Origin: an uncultured Gemmatimonadales bacterium
GTDB taxonomy: Bacteria > Gemmatimonadota > Gemmatimonadetes > Gemmatimonadales > GWC2-71-9
Reading direction: 5' to 3'
DNA length: 64,000 nucleotides
NCBI GenBank assembly: GCA_963844445.1
Contig: CAWJOB010000002.1
Location: 73,715 to 137,714, forward strand
Part shown: positions 40,270-52,018 of the stretch, piece after piece
Position numbering within the stretch: the first letter of the stretch is position 1
Layout of the letters: every line of letters begins with the position of its first letter
Translations under genes and position numbers: made by a program
The notes under the pieces: generated by a model
The model's input: only the letters and a program-made list of their open reading frames with translations
Database searches by the model: none
Told to the model about the DNA's origin: nothing

Positions 40270-42675
40270 CTACTCGGTCGGTGTCACCCGGGCCCAATCC
40301 CAGCCCTCGAGCCCGCGTGCACCGACCGCCCGCACCGCGATCGTGGCCCCGGCCGGGACGCCGGTCAGTCGCACCGAAGTGCCCCGCACCAGCCGCATGC
40401 CGCCGGCAGCGCCATTCCCGTCCTCCCAGCGGATCCGGTAGGATGTCACGCCGCGCTCGACGGCCGGCTTCCAGCTGACCTGCACGACGCCCCCCGCGGT
40501 CCGCGATGCCGTCACCTCCGTGAGCCGGCTCGGGCTCGACGCCATGAGAACCACGGAGGCGAGCGTGGTGCGGCTCACTTCCGCGACCAGGCGGTGGTTC
40601 ACCGTCTCGAGAACGTCGTGCGACTGGTGGTAGTGCGGGTTCCCCAGCACGGGGTACGAGCCGATTCCCGAGACCACGTCGCCGAAGCCGTCCACCAGGG
40701 AATGGGCGTCGGTGAACTTGTAGTAGTGGGCGTCGTAGGTAATCAGATTGGTGAAGAGAAACGCCGCCGCGTGCTGCAGGTCCCTGAGCCCACGATTGGC
40801 ATAGCGGATCGTGTTGTCCAGCCGGTCGTCGTTGGCCCAGCCTACCATGTCGTTGTTGAGCGCGCCTACCACCTGGTCGCCGGCCTCGCGGGCGAGCCGC
40901 ACGTACTCCCGGCTTCCACGTAGCCCCGATTCCTCCGCCGTGAACCACACGAATCGGATGGTCGCCGCCTGCGGGCGCCGGGCGAGGACCCGCGCCACCT
41001 CGAGCAGGGCGGTCGTGCCCGACGTGTTGTCATCGGACCCCGGGCCCTCCTGCACTGAATCGAAATGGCTCCCGACGACGTACTGCACCTCCGGATCGGA
41101 AGTGCCCCGCAGCGTCGCGACGACGTTCGCCGAGCGGACGCCGGGCGCGGGCTCGAACCACTGGAGCTCCGGCGCGTAGCCGAACGAGCGGAGTGTCGCT
41201 TCCAGGTACTCGATGGCGAGCGCGTTCCCCGGCTGGGTCGCGTGCTTCGAGTCGAAGCTGAACAGGGCGCGCGCGTGGTTGTAGATCCGGGCGGACGACA
41301 CTTCGTCCACCAGCGCCCGCACGCGGGGCGCTATCGCCGCGAACATCGCGGTTCCCCGTTGCCGGAGGTCCCGCTCGGCACGCAGCATCGCGCGCACCCG
41401 GGCAAGCACCTCCTCGACGCTCACCGTCCGTCTCAAATCGGTGAGGTAGAGACCCCGCTCGGGCGAGACGGTGTCGCCGTCCCGCTCGCTCACGATGGCC
41501 ACCACGTTGCCGTCGGGGCGCGCCATCCACTCGTATTCCGGTGCGATGGTCCGCAGGGTGTTGTTGTGAAAGAGCCGGGTTCTGGTGGCGGTCGCGGCAT
41601 CGTAGAGATAACTGCGGCGGTGGCGTCCCTCCCCCATCACGGCCAGCACCCTGCCCTGGCTGACGAACTGGGGAGCGATGTCGTGCTGGATCTCGTGGGT
41701 GAGCCGGCGCGGCGCACCGCCGTCGGCGCCCACGGCGTATAGCTCCCAATCCTCTCGGGGCATCGATTGATAGACCACCAGCGAGCCATCCTGGGAGATC
41801 GCCGGCGCGGCCAGCGGCCGCGGCGAACGGACCAGGACCCGCGGTTCCGAGCCGATCCGAGCGTGCATGACGGTCCAATCGGCGCCCTCGCGCCCGAGGT
41901 ACGTGAAGCTGCCGCCATCGGCGCTGACCGCGGGTGCGAGGCCCCGGTATACGGTCGTCGATTCGTTCGGAGCCCGGATCGTCACGCCGAACTCGGCGGT
42001 GGGGAACACGAGGCGGCCGCCGGCGGCCCGGAGGGGAATTCCGGTGATACGGCCGCCGCCGACCAGCGGTCGCGGGGCGCCCGACCCGAGCTCGTAGAGC
42101 TCTGCACGCTGGGCGGAGGGGTCGGAGGCGGCGAGCAGATAGGGAGGTCCACTGTCGGTGGCGTAGACGAACGCCAGTCCAATCAAGCCGGCGATTTCGA
42201 CCGATCGCTCAGCTCCCCCGGCGGCGGGCCGCAGCACGGCCGCGGAGCCGCTCGCGCTCAGATAGGCGATCTCCGAGCCATCGGGGGCGAATGTCGCGGC
42301 GTAACCCGGCAACGTGTCCGGGCGAAGCGAACCCGCCTGGTTGAGGTTCAGCAACACCGAGCGCCGGGACGAATCGGGGCCGATGTCGTACGCGAGCATC
42401 GTCCCATCGGCGCTCCAGCGGGGGCTCGCCCCGTCCGCCGCGATCTCCCGGGTCCGGTAGAGCTCGCCGGTGAGAAGGGCGATCGGCGCGAGCAGCGCGT
42501 CGCGCTCCGGCCCGCGGAGCAGCCGTTCGAGTTGCTCGAGCGCCTCGATGTATCGGCCGGCCTCCCAGGCATACGCGGCGCTGTCGAAGCCCGACCGGTC
42601 GGGCGTTTGTGATTCCAATGGCCCCGACCAGGCGATCAGCGCCGCCAGTGGCATCCATACGACTCGGCCGTTCAT
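40270..42675 (-). CDS. Secreted M28 metallopeptidase with TolB/PD40-like propeller and C-terminal FN3-like domain
   Basis: Signal peptide; PRWSADG, PAVSADG, PAISQDG repeats; HFDS, DDNTSG, EESG, NNDM, YHQSHD; VSW...YRIRW. Confidence 0.85.
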   Translation of the reverse strand: MNGRVVWMPLAALIAWSGPLESQTPDRSGFDSAAYAWEAGRYIEALEQLERLLRGPERDALLAPIALLTGELYRTREIAADGASPRWSADGTMLAYDIGPDSSRRSVLLNLNQAGSLRPDTLPGYAATFAPDGSEIAYLSASGSAAVLRPAAGGAERSVEIAGLIGLAFVYATDSGPPYLLAASDPSAQRAELYELGSGAPRPLVGGGRITGIPLRAAGGRLVFPTAEFGVTIRAPNESTTVYRGLAPAVSADGGSFTYLGREGADWTVMHARIGSEPRVLVRSPRPLAAPAISQDGSLVVYQSMPREDWELYAVGADGGAPRRLTHEIQHDIAPQFVSQGRVLAVMGEGRHRRSYLYDAATATRTRLFHNNTLRTIAPEYEWMARPDGNVVAIVSERDGDTVSPERGLYLTDLRRTVSVEEVLARVRAMLRAERDLRQRGTAMFAAIAPRVRALVDEVSSARIYNHARALFSFDSKHATQPGNALAIEYLEATLRSFGYAPELQWFEPAPGVRSANVVATLRGTSDPEVQYVVGSHFDSVQEGPGSDDNTSGTTALLEVARVLARRPQAATIRFVWFTAEESGLRGSREYVRLAREAGDQVVGALNNDMVGWANDDRLDNTIRYANRGLRDLQHAAAFLFTNLITYDAHYYKFTDAHSLVDGFGDVVSGIGSYPVLGNPHYHQSHDVLETVNHRLVAEVSRTTLASVVLMASSPSRLTEVTASRTAGGVVQVSWKPAVERGVTSYRIRWEDGNGAAGGMRLVRGTSVRLTGVPAGATIAVRAVGARGLEGWDWARVTPTE

Positions 42676-42792
42676 CGTATTCCCTCCGTCGTGAGGGCGG
42701 AAATATAGCTCCAGCCACCCTGCCGCCTGTTCGCGCGGGCGGCTAGAATGCACCCGCACCGCGCCACATCACACTCCGTCTCCGGACCTTCC

Positions 42793-44784
42793 ATGCGGCT
42801 CATCCTCCGACTTTTCCTCTTTCTGTCTGCCTCGGCGCTCACCGCCCAGCAGTCCACCACCGCCGGCGCGCCCGATACCTCCGCGTTCCGGCGCCTGGAG
42901 CTCCCCACCCCCAGCTCGATCAGAACCGGCAGCGGTATGCCGGGACCCGACTACTGGCAGCAGCGGGTGGACTACGTCATCCGGGCGACGCTCGATACGT
43001 CCACCCGCTCGCTTCGCGGCGATGAGCGAATCACCTACACCAACAACTCGCCGGACACGCTTCGGTACCTCTGGCTGCAGCTCGACCAGAACGTATTCAA
43101 CAGCGAGAGCCGGGGCTCGAGGCTGTTCCACCCGCGGAGCCGATTCGGGACCGGCGGCGCCGAGGGCGGCGTCCGCATCCTCAAGGTGGGGCAGCCGGCG
43201 ATCGCCGCCGCGCGAGGACGCGCGGCGAGCCCATCGATGCAGCTCGGCTACCTGGTCAACGGCACGGTCATGAAAATCGACCTCGCTCGCCCCCTGCCGC
43301 CCAAGGCCAAGCAGGTGCTGGAGATCTCCTGGTCCTTCCCGTTCGGCCCCAACCGCAATCGCATGGGCATCGAGGAGATCGACAACGGTGTGACCTACGA
43401 GGTCGCCCAGTGGTACCCGCGCCTCGCGGTCTACGACGACGTCCGGGGCTGGAACACCGAGCAGTACTACGGGCAGGGCGAATTCTATCTGGAGTACGGG
43501 AGCTTCGACGTGAGCATTTCCCTGCCGGCCGACATGATCGTGGCGGCGACGGGACAGCTCCAGAATCCGGCCGAGGTGTTGACGGCGACCCAGCGCTCGC
43601 GACTGGCGCAGGCGCGGACCAGCTCCAGCACGGTGGTGATCCGGGGCCGAGACGAAGTGCGGGACCCCGCGTCACGCCCGGCCGCGGAATACGGCACCCT
43701 GACCTGGCGCTTCACCGCCGACAGCGTGCGGGACTTCGCCTGGGCGGCCTCGCGATCCTTCATCTGGGACGCGGTCGGGGTAAACGGCGGGAAAACTCTC
43801 GCGATGAGTTTCTACCCGCCCTCGACCGAGGCGCTGTGGAAAGAGGCGACCCAGTACGCCAAGGTCGCGATCGAGAACTACTCCGCCCAGTGGGCGCCAT
43901 ATCCTTATCCCACCGCGAACAACGTGCGGGGAATCGAGGGTGGGATGGAATACCCGATGATCGTCTTCTGCAACCGGCCCACGCCCGAAACCCTCTACAG
44001 TGTCACGGATCACGAGTTCGGCCACACCTGGTTTCCCATGGTGGTGGGCTCCAACGAGCGCCGGCATCCATGGATGGACGAAGGGTTCAACGAGTTCATC
44101 AACTACTACAACTGGGTGAAGAAGTTCGGCCTCCCGCCGAGTCACCGGGGCAGTATCCCCGACTACCTCGAGATGGCGACCTCGGGCCAGGAGCGTCCGG
44201 TCATGACCTTCGCGGACCAGCTTCCCCAGGATTTCGTGGGTCCCGCGGCGTACGACAAGCCGGCGCTCGCGCTGCGGCTGCTCCGGGAGGTGGTCGTCGG
44301 TCCCGAGCGGTTCGATCCCGCGTTCAAGGACTACTTCCGCCGCTGGGCCTACAAGCATCCCACGCCCGCCGACTTCTTCCGGAGCATCGAAGACGGGGTG
44401 GGAGAAGACCTGAGCTGGTTCTGGCGGTCGTGGCTCTTCACCACGGCGCAGCTTGACCTGGCGGTGGATTCGATCGTGCTGGCCGACTCGGCCGGCGTGG
44501 AGTCGCGGATCTTCCTGCGCAACGCGGGGGGCATCCCGATGCCGGTGGACCTCGAACTCCTGGTGGACGACGGGTCCACCCGGCGACTCACTCTTCCCGT
44601 GGAGGTGTGGTTCGGCGGAAGCCACTATACCGCGATCGTGCCGGGACCGAGGAAGGTGAATGCGGTGACGGTCGACCCGGAATCAAGGTATCCCGACGTG
44701 CGGCGGGAAAACAACCGCTGGCCTGCTGGGAACAGTCAGTCGGAGAGGCCGACTACTCCACCGCGATCTGCCACAGGCCGCTGA
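42793..44784 (+). CDS. Secreted M1 family metallopeptidase
   Basis: Signal peptide; YWQQRVDY, GGMEYP, HEFGH...WMDEGFN, AYDKP. Confidence 0.9.
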   Translation: MRLILRLFLFLSASALTAQQSTTAGAPDTSAFRRLELPTPSSIRTGSGMPGPDYWQQRVDYVIRATLDTSTRSLRGDERITYTNNSPDTLRYLWLQLDQNVFNSESRGSRLFHPRSRFGTGGAEGGVRILKVGQPAIAAARGRAASPSMQLGYLVNGTVMKIDLARPLPPKAKQVLEISWSFPFGPNRNRMGIEEIDNGVTYEVAQWYPRLAVYDDVRGWNTEQYYGQGEFYLEYGSFDVSISLPADMIVAATGQLQNPAEVLTATQRSRLAQARTSSSTVVIRGRDEVRDPASRPAAEYGTLTWRFTADSVRDFAWAASRSFIWDAVGVNGGKTLAMSFYPPSTEALWKEATQYAKVAIENYSAQWAPYPYPTANNVRGIEGGMEYPMIVFCNRPTPETLYSVTDHEFGHTWFPMVVGSNERRHPWMDEGFNEFINYYNWVKKFGLPPSHRGSIPDYLEMATSGQERPVMTFADQLPQDFVGPAAYDKPALALRLLREVVVGPERFDPAFKDYFRRWAYKHPTPADFFRSIEDGVGEDLSWFWRSWLFTTAQLDLAVDSIVLADSAGVESRIFLRNAGGIPMPVDLELLVDDGSTRRLTLPVEVWFGGSHYTAIVPGPRKVNAVTVDPESRYPDVRRENNRWPAGNSQSERPTTPPRSATGR

Positions 44785-45946
44785 GCATGTCGCTGGCATA
44801 GAGTGAGCCGTTGGCCAGCATCACACCCCAGGTAAAGGTGTTGCCGGCGCCGCCCGGCTCGATTCGGTCGATGAGCCGATCCGACAGATCGCCGCTCAAG
44901 GTGCCGGACACGTCGAGTGCGATCACGCCGCCGTTGTAGTAGGCGGCGTACAGGATCTGGCGGGCTTCGTCCATCCAGAAATTGTGCGCGCCGGCCCCCG
45001 GCAGCCTGAAGCTGGCGACCTCTTGGGGGGCCCCGAGGGTGGAGACGTCCACCACGTGAATGTCGCCGCTCGCCTCGGAGCCGATGACGCCCGGACCCTC
45101 CTGCCCGATGAAGAGGTACCGTGCTTCCTCGGTCACCGGATTGTGGAACCACCATCCGTTGTGCACCGCGGGCGACTTGGCCACCCCGTTGTCGTCCGTG
45201 ACCAGCCGACTCACCTCCGTGGGCGATGACGGTGAGCCGCCGCGGAACCCGTTCCCCACGTCGTAGATGATGACCCCGGAGTCCCATGCGAAGACGAAGG
45301 CGAGGCCGTCTCGAACGTAGGTGTCGTGGATGCCGTAGTGCGGCGGAATCGGCACCGTGGCGACCGGGCTGATCGCGGCGGGGTCTGTGACATCGTAGAT
45401 CTTGAGCGCGGGGTCGGGTTGGTTCTTCGCCGCGAAGGCATAGCGCCGACCGGCGATCTCGCCGAAAGTCGCCGTGTGGAGACCGGCCGGCACGTGGACG
45501 CTATCCAGCAACACCGGGCTCGCCGGGTCCGCCAGGTCGTAGAAGTACAGCCCCTCGTTCGCGCCCCGCTCCGCGCTGAACATCAGCACCGCGCCGTCAG
45601 AGCTCACTTCGACGTCGCTCACGGTGCCGATCTCCGGCACGACGATCGAATCGACCAGACTCGGCGCACCCGAGCCGTTCAGGGACCAGACCTTGAGGGC
45701 ATTGCCAGGGTTGCCCCCCCGGGGTGAGCCCCCCCAGGTCCCGGTGTAGGCGTAGTCGCCGTGCACCCAGAGGTCCGAGGTGTAGCGATCGGGGACGTTG
45801 TCCCCTCCCCCGGCGACGCTGAGCGTCAGGCCGGAAGGTGGCGGATCGGTCGGTCCACTGCCGTCGTCGTCTCCGTTGCCGCAACCCCAGGCGGCCAACA
45901 CAAACATCGTGGTGAGCGCCCTCCCGCAATGCCGGCTCGATCTCAT
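44753..45946 (-). CDS. LVIVD-type beta-propeller protein, probable lipoprotein
   Basis: LAAWGC followed by an acidic Gly/Pro linker; repeated YDLADPASP, YDVTDP, VVDVS, DVSG blades. Confidence 0.72.
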   Translation of the reverse strand: MRSSRHCGRALTTMFVLAAWGCGNGDDDGSGPTDPPPSGLTLSVAGGGDNVPDRYTSDLWVHGDYAYTGTWGGSPRGGNPGNALKVWSLNGSGAPSLVDSIVVPEIGTVSDVEVSSDGAVLMFSAERGANEGLYFYDLADPASPVLLDSVHVPAGLHTATFGEIAGRRYAFAAKNQPDPALKIYDVTDPAAISPVATVPIPPHYGIHDTYVRDGLAFVFAWDSGVIIYDVGNGFRGGSPSSPTEVSRLVTDDNGVAKSPAVHNGWWFHNPVTEEARYLFIGQEGPGVIGSEASGDIHVVDVSTLGAPQEVASFRLPGAGAHNFWMDEARQILYAAYYNGGVIALDVSGTLSGDLSDRLIDRIEPGGAGNTFTWGVMLANGSLYASDMLSGLWQIAVE

Positions 45947-45954
45947 CTCTCGCC

Positions 45955-47169
45955 TCAATGCTGGTGTAAGCCGCCGCCGCTCCTGGCGGCGCCGTATCGT
46001 CCCATTCGATGGGCCCCGCCGCCGAAACCCACCCGCACACCCACGGTCCAGGTCCAGAAGCTCTCCTTGCCATACAGCTGCCGCACGTCGAAGAGCCCAC
46101 CACCGACCCGAGCAATCCGCCCGAGCGACACCTCGATCAGGGGGCGCAGGGCCACGCCGCCGCGCTCCAGGCCGGGCGCCGAATATCCTGCCGTGTGAAT
46201 CGTCCAGCGGGTGACGCCGAGGATCGAGTTCTCCAGGTGAGGCCGCAACGACCGGAAATCCGAGATCCGCTCCTCCTCCGGCCGCTCGGTCCGCTCGAAC
46301 CGATAATGGAGACGGTGCGGACCCGTACTCCATGCACCTTCCGCCAGGAAACTGGAGAAGACGAAGAACCCGCCCGCCTCCGAGGTTCTGGCCCATTCGA
46401 CCAGCGCGTAGGTAGACCGGCGGTCGAGCACGCCGTCCCAGCGGGCGGAAAGACTCCACTTTGCCTGGTCGGTCCCGGCGCCGGGCCGATGCTCGGGCGA
46501 ATGCACCCGCGCGTGCGATCCCTGGATCTCGAGCCTGGCGACAGGCGCCGCCGTCAGCCGCGCCGCCCATGAGTCGCCGAAACGTCCACCGATTCGCGGC
46601 CACTGACCGGGCCGCTCGGGCTCGTCCCCGTTGAACAGTCCGATCTCACCGCCCACCGGGCCGCGCCGGGCCGCCGCGATCGCCACGGCGCGCTCCAAGA
46701 TCTGCGCCAGGTGGTGGTTCACCGGATACCGCAGCGGCGGCCGGCTCATCGGGTCGTCGGTGCCGAACGGCGCGAACCCCTTGCCCGCGGTGAGGGAGAT
46801 CCTGGTGGGGCCGTCCGCATCGCCTAGGAGATCGTCGGCGGTGAGGAGCAGCTCGTGAACATAGGTGTGCGGATGACGGCGGTCGACGAATCCCTCACCC
46901 CACGCGCCGGGCGTCAGCTCGCCTTCGCCCATCGTCGCACCTTCGAGGTTGACCGTAGCCAGGAGGCTCAGCCGGCTGGGGCCATCCGCCTGGAACAGGA
47001 GGGACGGCTGCACGATGCGAAACTCGGCAAGGCCCTCGCCGCCGGGCACCGGGTCGGCGCGAGTGAGCGCGGCGATGGCGTGTCCTGCCAGATGTACCTG
47101 GGGTGGCCACTGGGCCCCGAGAGGGCCGCTCCACAAGGCGAGCCCGAGAAGGAGAGCGGTGCGCGTCAG
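45955..47169 (-). CDS. Hypothetical His-rich exported protein, possible outer-membrane beta-barrel; probable CTG start
   Basis: Signal-like [20 protein letters not shown] begins at a CTG overlapping the sdhB stop; [20 protein letters not shown]; many aromatic amphipathic strands. Confidence 0.65.
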   Translation of the reverse strand: MTRTALLLGLALWSGPLGAQWPPQVHLAGHAIAALTRADPVPGGEGLAEFRIVQPSLLFQADGPSRLSLLATVNLEGATMGEGELTPGAWGEGFVDRRHPHTYVHELLLTADDLLGDADGPTRISLTAGKGFAPFGTDDPMSRPPLRYPVNHHLAQILERAVAIAAARRGPVGGEIGLFNGDEPERPGQWPRIGGRFGDSWAARLTAAPVARLEIQGSHARVHSPEHRPGAGTDQAKWSLSARWDGVLDRRSTYALVEWARTSEAGGFFVFSSFLAEGAWSTGPHRLHYRFERTERPEEERISDFRSLRPHLENSILGVTRWTIHTAGYSAPGLERGGVALRPLIEVSLGRIARVGGGLFDVRQLYGKESFWTWTVGVRVGFGGGAHRMGRYGAARSGGGLHQH

Positions 47170-47936
47170 TCCGATGGGGCCACGGCCGATCGACCGGCCG
47201 AAAGGCCGGCGCGAAGGAAGTCGCGGTTCATCCGCGTGATGGTGTCGATGCTGATCTCCTTGGGACAGGCCTCCTGGCACTCGCCATGGAGCGTGCAGTG
47301 ACCGAAGCGCTCGAGATCCATCTGCCGGACCATCCGCGTCGCGCGATCGTAGCGCTCGGGTTGGCCCTGGGGCAGGAGGCCCAGATGGGAGATCTTCGCC
47401 GCGGTGAAAAGCGAGGCCGAGCCGTTGGGACACGCGGCGACGCAGGCGCCGCAGCCGATGCACTGCGCGGCATCCATCGCCGTGTCCACGTCACCCTTGG
47501 GAATCAGCGTGGTGTTCGCATCCTGGGCGCCGCCGGTGGGCGCGCTGATGAATCCGCCCGCCGCAATGATCCGGTCGAGCGCGCTCCGGTCAACCACCAG
47601 GTCCTTCAGCACCGGAAATGCCCGGGCCCGCCAGGGCTCGATCCGGATCTCGTCCCCGTCGCGGAAACTCCGCATGTGGAGCTGACAGGCGGCGGTGCCC
47701 CGGGTGGGCCCGTGCGCTACGCCGTTGATCATGAGGCTGCAGGAGCCACAAATCCCTTCCCGGCAGTCGTGGTCGAAGGCGATGGGCCCCTCGCCGCGTG
47801 CCATGAGCCGCTCGTTCACCACGTCGAGCATCTCGAGGAACGACATGTCGGGACTGATGTCTGGGGCCTCGTAGCGGACCATCGCGCCGCGAGCGCCGGG
47901 GGACGGCTGCCGCCAGATTCGGAGAGTCAGGTTCAT
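47166..47936 (-). CDS. sdhB: Succinate dehydrogenase/fumarate reductase iron-sulfur subunit
   Basis: [34 protein letters not shown]. Confidence 0.94.
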   Translation of the reverse strand: MNLTLRIWRQPSPGARGAMVRYEAPDISPDMSFLEMLDVVNERLMARGEGPIAFDHDCREGICGSCSLMINGVAHGPTRGTAACQLHMRSFRDGDEIRIEPWRARAFPVLKDLVVDRSALDRIIAAGGFISAPTGGAQDANTTLIPKGDVDTAMDAAQCIGCGACVAACPNGSASLFTAAKISHLGLLPQGQPERYDRATRMVRQMDLERFGHCTLHGECQEACPKEISIDTITRMNRDFLRAGLSAGRSAVAPSD

Positions 47937-47968
47937 GGGATTCCTTTGAGCCCATTCGGCGCGAAGCC

Positions 47969-49876
47969 CTACTTGTAGCTCCGCTGCGCCAGATGCACGT
48001 ACTCGAACTCCAGCGGCTCCTTGTGCAGCTTGGGCTCGGCGCCGCGGCCGGCGTACTCCCACGCCGCAACGTAGGCGAACTGCTCGTCGTTTCTGAGCGC
48101 CTCGCCGTCCTCGGTCTGATACTCCTCGCGGAAGTGGCCGCCGCACGATTCCTCGCGGTGCAACGCATCGCGGCAGATCAGCTCGCCCAGCTCCAGGAAG
48201 TCGGCCACCCGGCCCGCCTTCTCGAGCGCCTGGTTGAGCTCGGCGTCGCTGCCGGGCACGTTCACGTTCTGCCAGAACTCCTCGCGCAGCTCGGGGATCC
48301 GGGCCAAGGCGTCCCGCAGCCCCTTCTCGTTTCGGGCCATGCCGCACTTGTCCCACATGATCTTGCCCAGCTCGCGGTGGAAGGAGTCCACTGTCCGGGT
48401 GCCTCCGATCTCGAGCAGCCGCCGTGCGGACATCGCCGTCTCCTCCTGGACCCGCCGGCACTCGGGATGGGACGCATCGATCCTTTCCAGTCTGGTGGAC
48501 GCGAGGTAGTCGCTCACCGTGCCCGGAACGATGAAATAGCCGTCCGCCAGCCCCTGCATGAGGGCGCTCGCGCCGAGCCGGTTGGCGCCATGGTCGGAGA
48601 AGTTGGCCTCGCCGATCACGTGCAGGCCGGGGATCGTGCTCATCAGGTTGTAGTCCACCCAGAGCCCGCCCATCGTGTAGTGGACGGCTGGATAGATCCG
48701 CATCGGCACCCGGTACGGATCCTCGTCGGTGATCCGCTGGTACATCTCGAAGAGGTTGCCGTACCGTTCCCGGATGGCGTCCGCGCCGATCCGGTTGATG
48801 GCGTCGGCGAAGTCGAGGTAGACGCCGAGGCCTCCGGGGCCGACGCCGCGCGACTCGTCGCACACCGTCTTCGCCGCTCGGGACGCGATGTCACGGGGCG
48901 CGAGATTGCCGAAGCTGGGGTAGCGGCGCTCGAGGTAGTAATCCCGTTCCGATTCGGGGATCTGATCGGGCGGCCGGGTATCTCCGGTCCGGGCGGGGAC
49001 CCAGACCCGGCCGTCGTTGCGCAGGGACTCGCTCATCAGCGTGAGCTTCGATTGGTATTCTCCGCTCTGGGGGATGCAGGTCGGATGGATCTGGGTATAG
49101 CAGGGGTTGCCGAAGAACGCGCCGCGCTTGTGCGCCCGCCAGATGGCGGTCGCGTTCGATCCCTTGGCGTTGGTCGAGAGGTAGAAGACGTTGCCGTAGC
49201 CGCCGGTGCCCAGCACCACCGCGTCACCGACATGCGTGTGGATCTCGCCGGTCACCATGTCGCGCACCACGATGCCGCGCGCCTTCCCGTCCACCACGAT
49301 CAGATCGAGCATCTCGGTGCGCGGGAACATGGTGACCCCGCCGCGCGCGATCTCCTTCTCCAGCTGCTGGTACGCGCCGAGGAGCAGTTGCTGTCCGGTC
49401 TGTCCCCGGGCGTAGAAGGTCCGGGACACCTGGGCCCCGCCGAAGGACCGGTTGGCCAGGAGCCCGCCGTACTCCCGGGCAAAAGGTACGCCCTGGGCGA
49501 CGCACTGGTCGATGATGTTGACGCTGATCTGCGCCAGCCGGTAGACGTTGGCCTCGCGTGCCCGGAAATCACCGCCCTTTACCGTGTCGTAGAACAGGCG
49601 AAAAATGCTGTCGCCGTCGTTCCTGTAGTTCTTGGCCGCATTGATTCCGCCCTGCGCGGCGATGCTGTGCGCCCGCCTCGGCGAATCCTGGAAGCAGAAG
49701 CATTTGACGTTGTAGCCGAGCTCGCTCAAGGTGGCGGCGGCGGAAGCGCCGGCGAGCCCGCTGCCCACCACCAGGACGGTGTATTTCCGCTTGTTGGCGG
49801 GATTCACCAGCTTCATCTCGAAGCGGTGCTTGTCCCACTTCCGCTCGATGGGGCCGGAAGGGAGCCGGGGGTTCAT
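47969..49876 (-). CDS. sdhA: Succinate dehydrogenase/fumarate reductase flavoprotein
   Basis: [46 protein letters not shown]. Confidence 0.95.
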   Translation of the reverse strand: MNPRLPSGPIERKWDKHRFEMKLVNPANKRKYTVLVVGSGLAGASAAATLSELGYNVKCFCFQDSPRRAHSIAAQGGINAAKNYRNDGDSIFRLFYDTVKGGDFRAREANVYRLAQISVNIIDQCVAQGVPFAREYGGLLANRSFGGAQVSRTFYARGQTGQQLLLGAYQQLEKEIARGGVTMFPRTEMLDLIVVDGKARGIVVRDMVTGEIHTHVGDAVVLGTGGYGNVFYLSTNAKGSNATAIWRAHKRGAFFGNPCYTQIHPTCIPQSGEYQSKLTLMSESLRNDGRVWVPARTGDTRPPDQIPESERDYYLERRYPSFGNLAPRDIASRAAKTVCDESRGVGPGGLGVYLDFADAINRIGADAIRERYGNLFEMYQRITDEDPYRVPMRIYPAVHYTMGGLWVDYNLMSTIPGLHVIGEANFSDHGANRLGASALMQGLADGYFIVPGTVSDYLASTRLERIDASHPECRRVQEETAMSARRLLEIGGTRTVDSFHRELGKIMWDKCGMARNEKGLRDALARIPELREEFWQNVNVPGSDAELNQALEKAGRVADFLELGELICRDALHREESCGGHFREEYQTEDGEALRNDEQFAYVAAWEYAGRGAEPKLHKEPLEFEYVHLAQRSYK

Positions 49877-50532
49877 TCGATTCTTCCCAGATATCCGGCC
49901 AGCACGATGGCCGTGAAGCCCAGCCAGATGAATACCGCCAGCAGCAGCGCCAGGCGCCGGTGAAGGGGGCGGGGCGACGGCTGACTCAGGCCCAGGCTCC
50001 GGCCGCTGCTCCAGAGTCCGTGATAGAGATGCAGACCCACCGCGATCATGGCGACCGCATAGAATCCGGCCACCCATGGATTCCTGAATCCGGTCGTCAC
50101 GTTGTGATAGGGATTGAGCTCGACGAAGTCCGGGTGGGCCGCGCCGGTGGTGAAGTGAAGGATGTGATACACCAGGAAGATCAGGATCAGCGCGCCACCC
50201 CAACGGATCGTGCGCCCCGCGACGGTGGCGACCTGCGGCTCGCGACCGCCGGCGTACGGCTGAGGCCGTGCCGCGCGGCTCTGGAGCGTGAGCTGCACTG
50301 CGGCAACGACGTGGAGGATCGCGGCGACGAGCAAGACCAGTCGGGCGCCCCAAAGGGCCCCGCCGGTGCCGTGCAGCAGGACGGCGTAGCGATTGATCCG
50401 ATCCGGTCCGCCGAAGACCAGCAGGTTGGCCAGCACGTGACTGACGAGGTAGGCCACCAGAACCAGGCCGGTCACCGCCATGACCGCTTTCTTGCCGACC
50501 GAGGATTGCCACAGCGTCCCCAGCCGGCTCAT
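49873..50532 (-). CDS. sdhC: Succinate dehydrogenase cytochrome b558 subunit (single anchor)
   Basis: [13 protein letters not shown]; five hydrophobic helices with SHV, LHV, YHILH, LHLYHG; upstream of sdhA. Confidence 0.9.
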   Translation of the reverse strand: MSRLGTLWQSSVGKKAVMAVTGLVLVAYLVSHVLANLLVFGGPDRINRYAVLLHGTGGALWGARLVLLVAAILHVVAAVQLTLQSRAARPQPYAGGREPQVATVAGRTIRWGGALILIFLVYHILHFTTGAAHPDFVELNPYHNVTTGFRNPWVAGFYAVAMIAVGLHLYHGLWSSGRSLGLSQPSPRPLHRRLALLLAVFIWLGFTAIVLAGYLGRIE

Positions 50533-50545
50533 CGCCCGGTTCCGC

Positions 50546-51521
<976 letters not shown>

Positions 51522-51544
51522 CTAAGGCGCCGAAATGTAGCGGG

Positions 51545-52018
51545 TTACAGAGAAGCGGCAAAGCCTGCGCTGCCGGTCTGGCGGAGGGCTTCGTAGAGCA
51601 CGATCCCGACCGCGGTCGCCAGGTTCAGGCTGCGGACCGGTCCCGTCATCGGGATCGTGAAGCTGCGGTCGGGGTGCTTCTCCAGGATCCGATCCGGCAT
51701 CCCCTCGGTCTCGCTGCCGAACACCAGGCAGCTGTTTCGCCCGATAGGGCGCCTCCCAGAAGCTCCGCTCGGCCTTGGCGGAGAAATACAGGCAGCGGCT
51801 CCGGTCCATCGCGTCCCGGAACGCGAACCAGTCGGGTGGCGCCATAGGTCCACGTCCTCCCAGTAGTCGAGTCCGGCCCGGCGCAGGTCGCCGTCCTCCA
51901 GCGAAAAGCCCAGCGGCTCGATCAGGTGGAGCGCGACGTCGGTCGCGGCGCAGAGCCGGGCGATGTTCCCGGTGTTGGGCGGGATCTGGGGCTGGATGAG
52001 CGCGACCTGGAGCGCCAT
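51545..52018 (-). CDS. trmL: tRNA (cytidine34-2'-O)-methyltransferase with two compensating apparent frameshifts
   Basis: PQIPPNTGNIARLCA, LRRAGLDYW, FGSETEG, RSLNLATA; the middle segment (WFAFRDAM...WEAPY) is in another frame. Confidence 0.88.
   Translation of the reverse strand: MALQVALIQPQIPPNTGNIARLCAATDVALHLIEPLGFSLEDGDLRRAGLDYWEDVDLWRHPTGSRSGTRWTGAAACISPPRPSGASGRRPIGRNSCLVFGSETEGMPDRILEKHPDRSFTIPMTGPVRSLNLATAVGIVLYEALRQTGSAGFAASL

Noticed and set aside
44753..44784. 32-bp convergent overlap of the M1 peptidase and propeller genes
   Set aside because: Short tail-to-tail overlaps are common and no regulatory structure is visible
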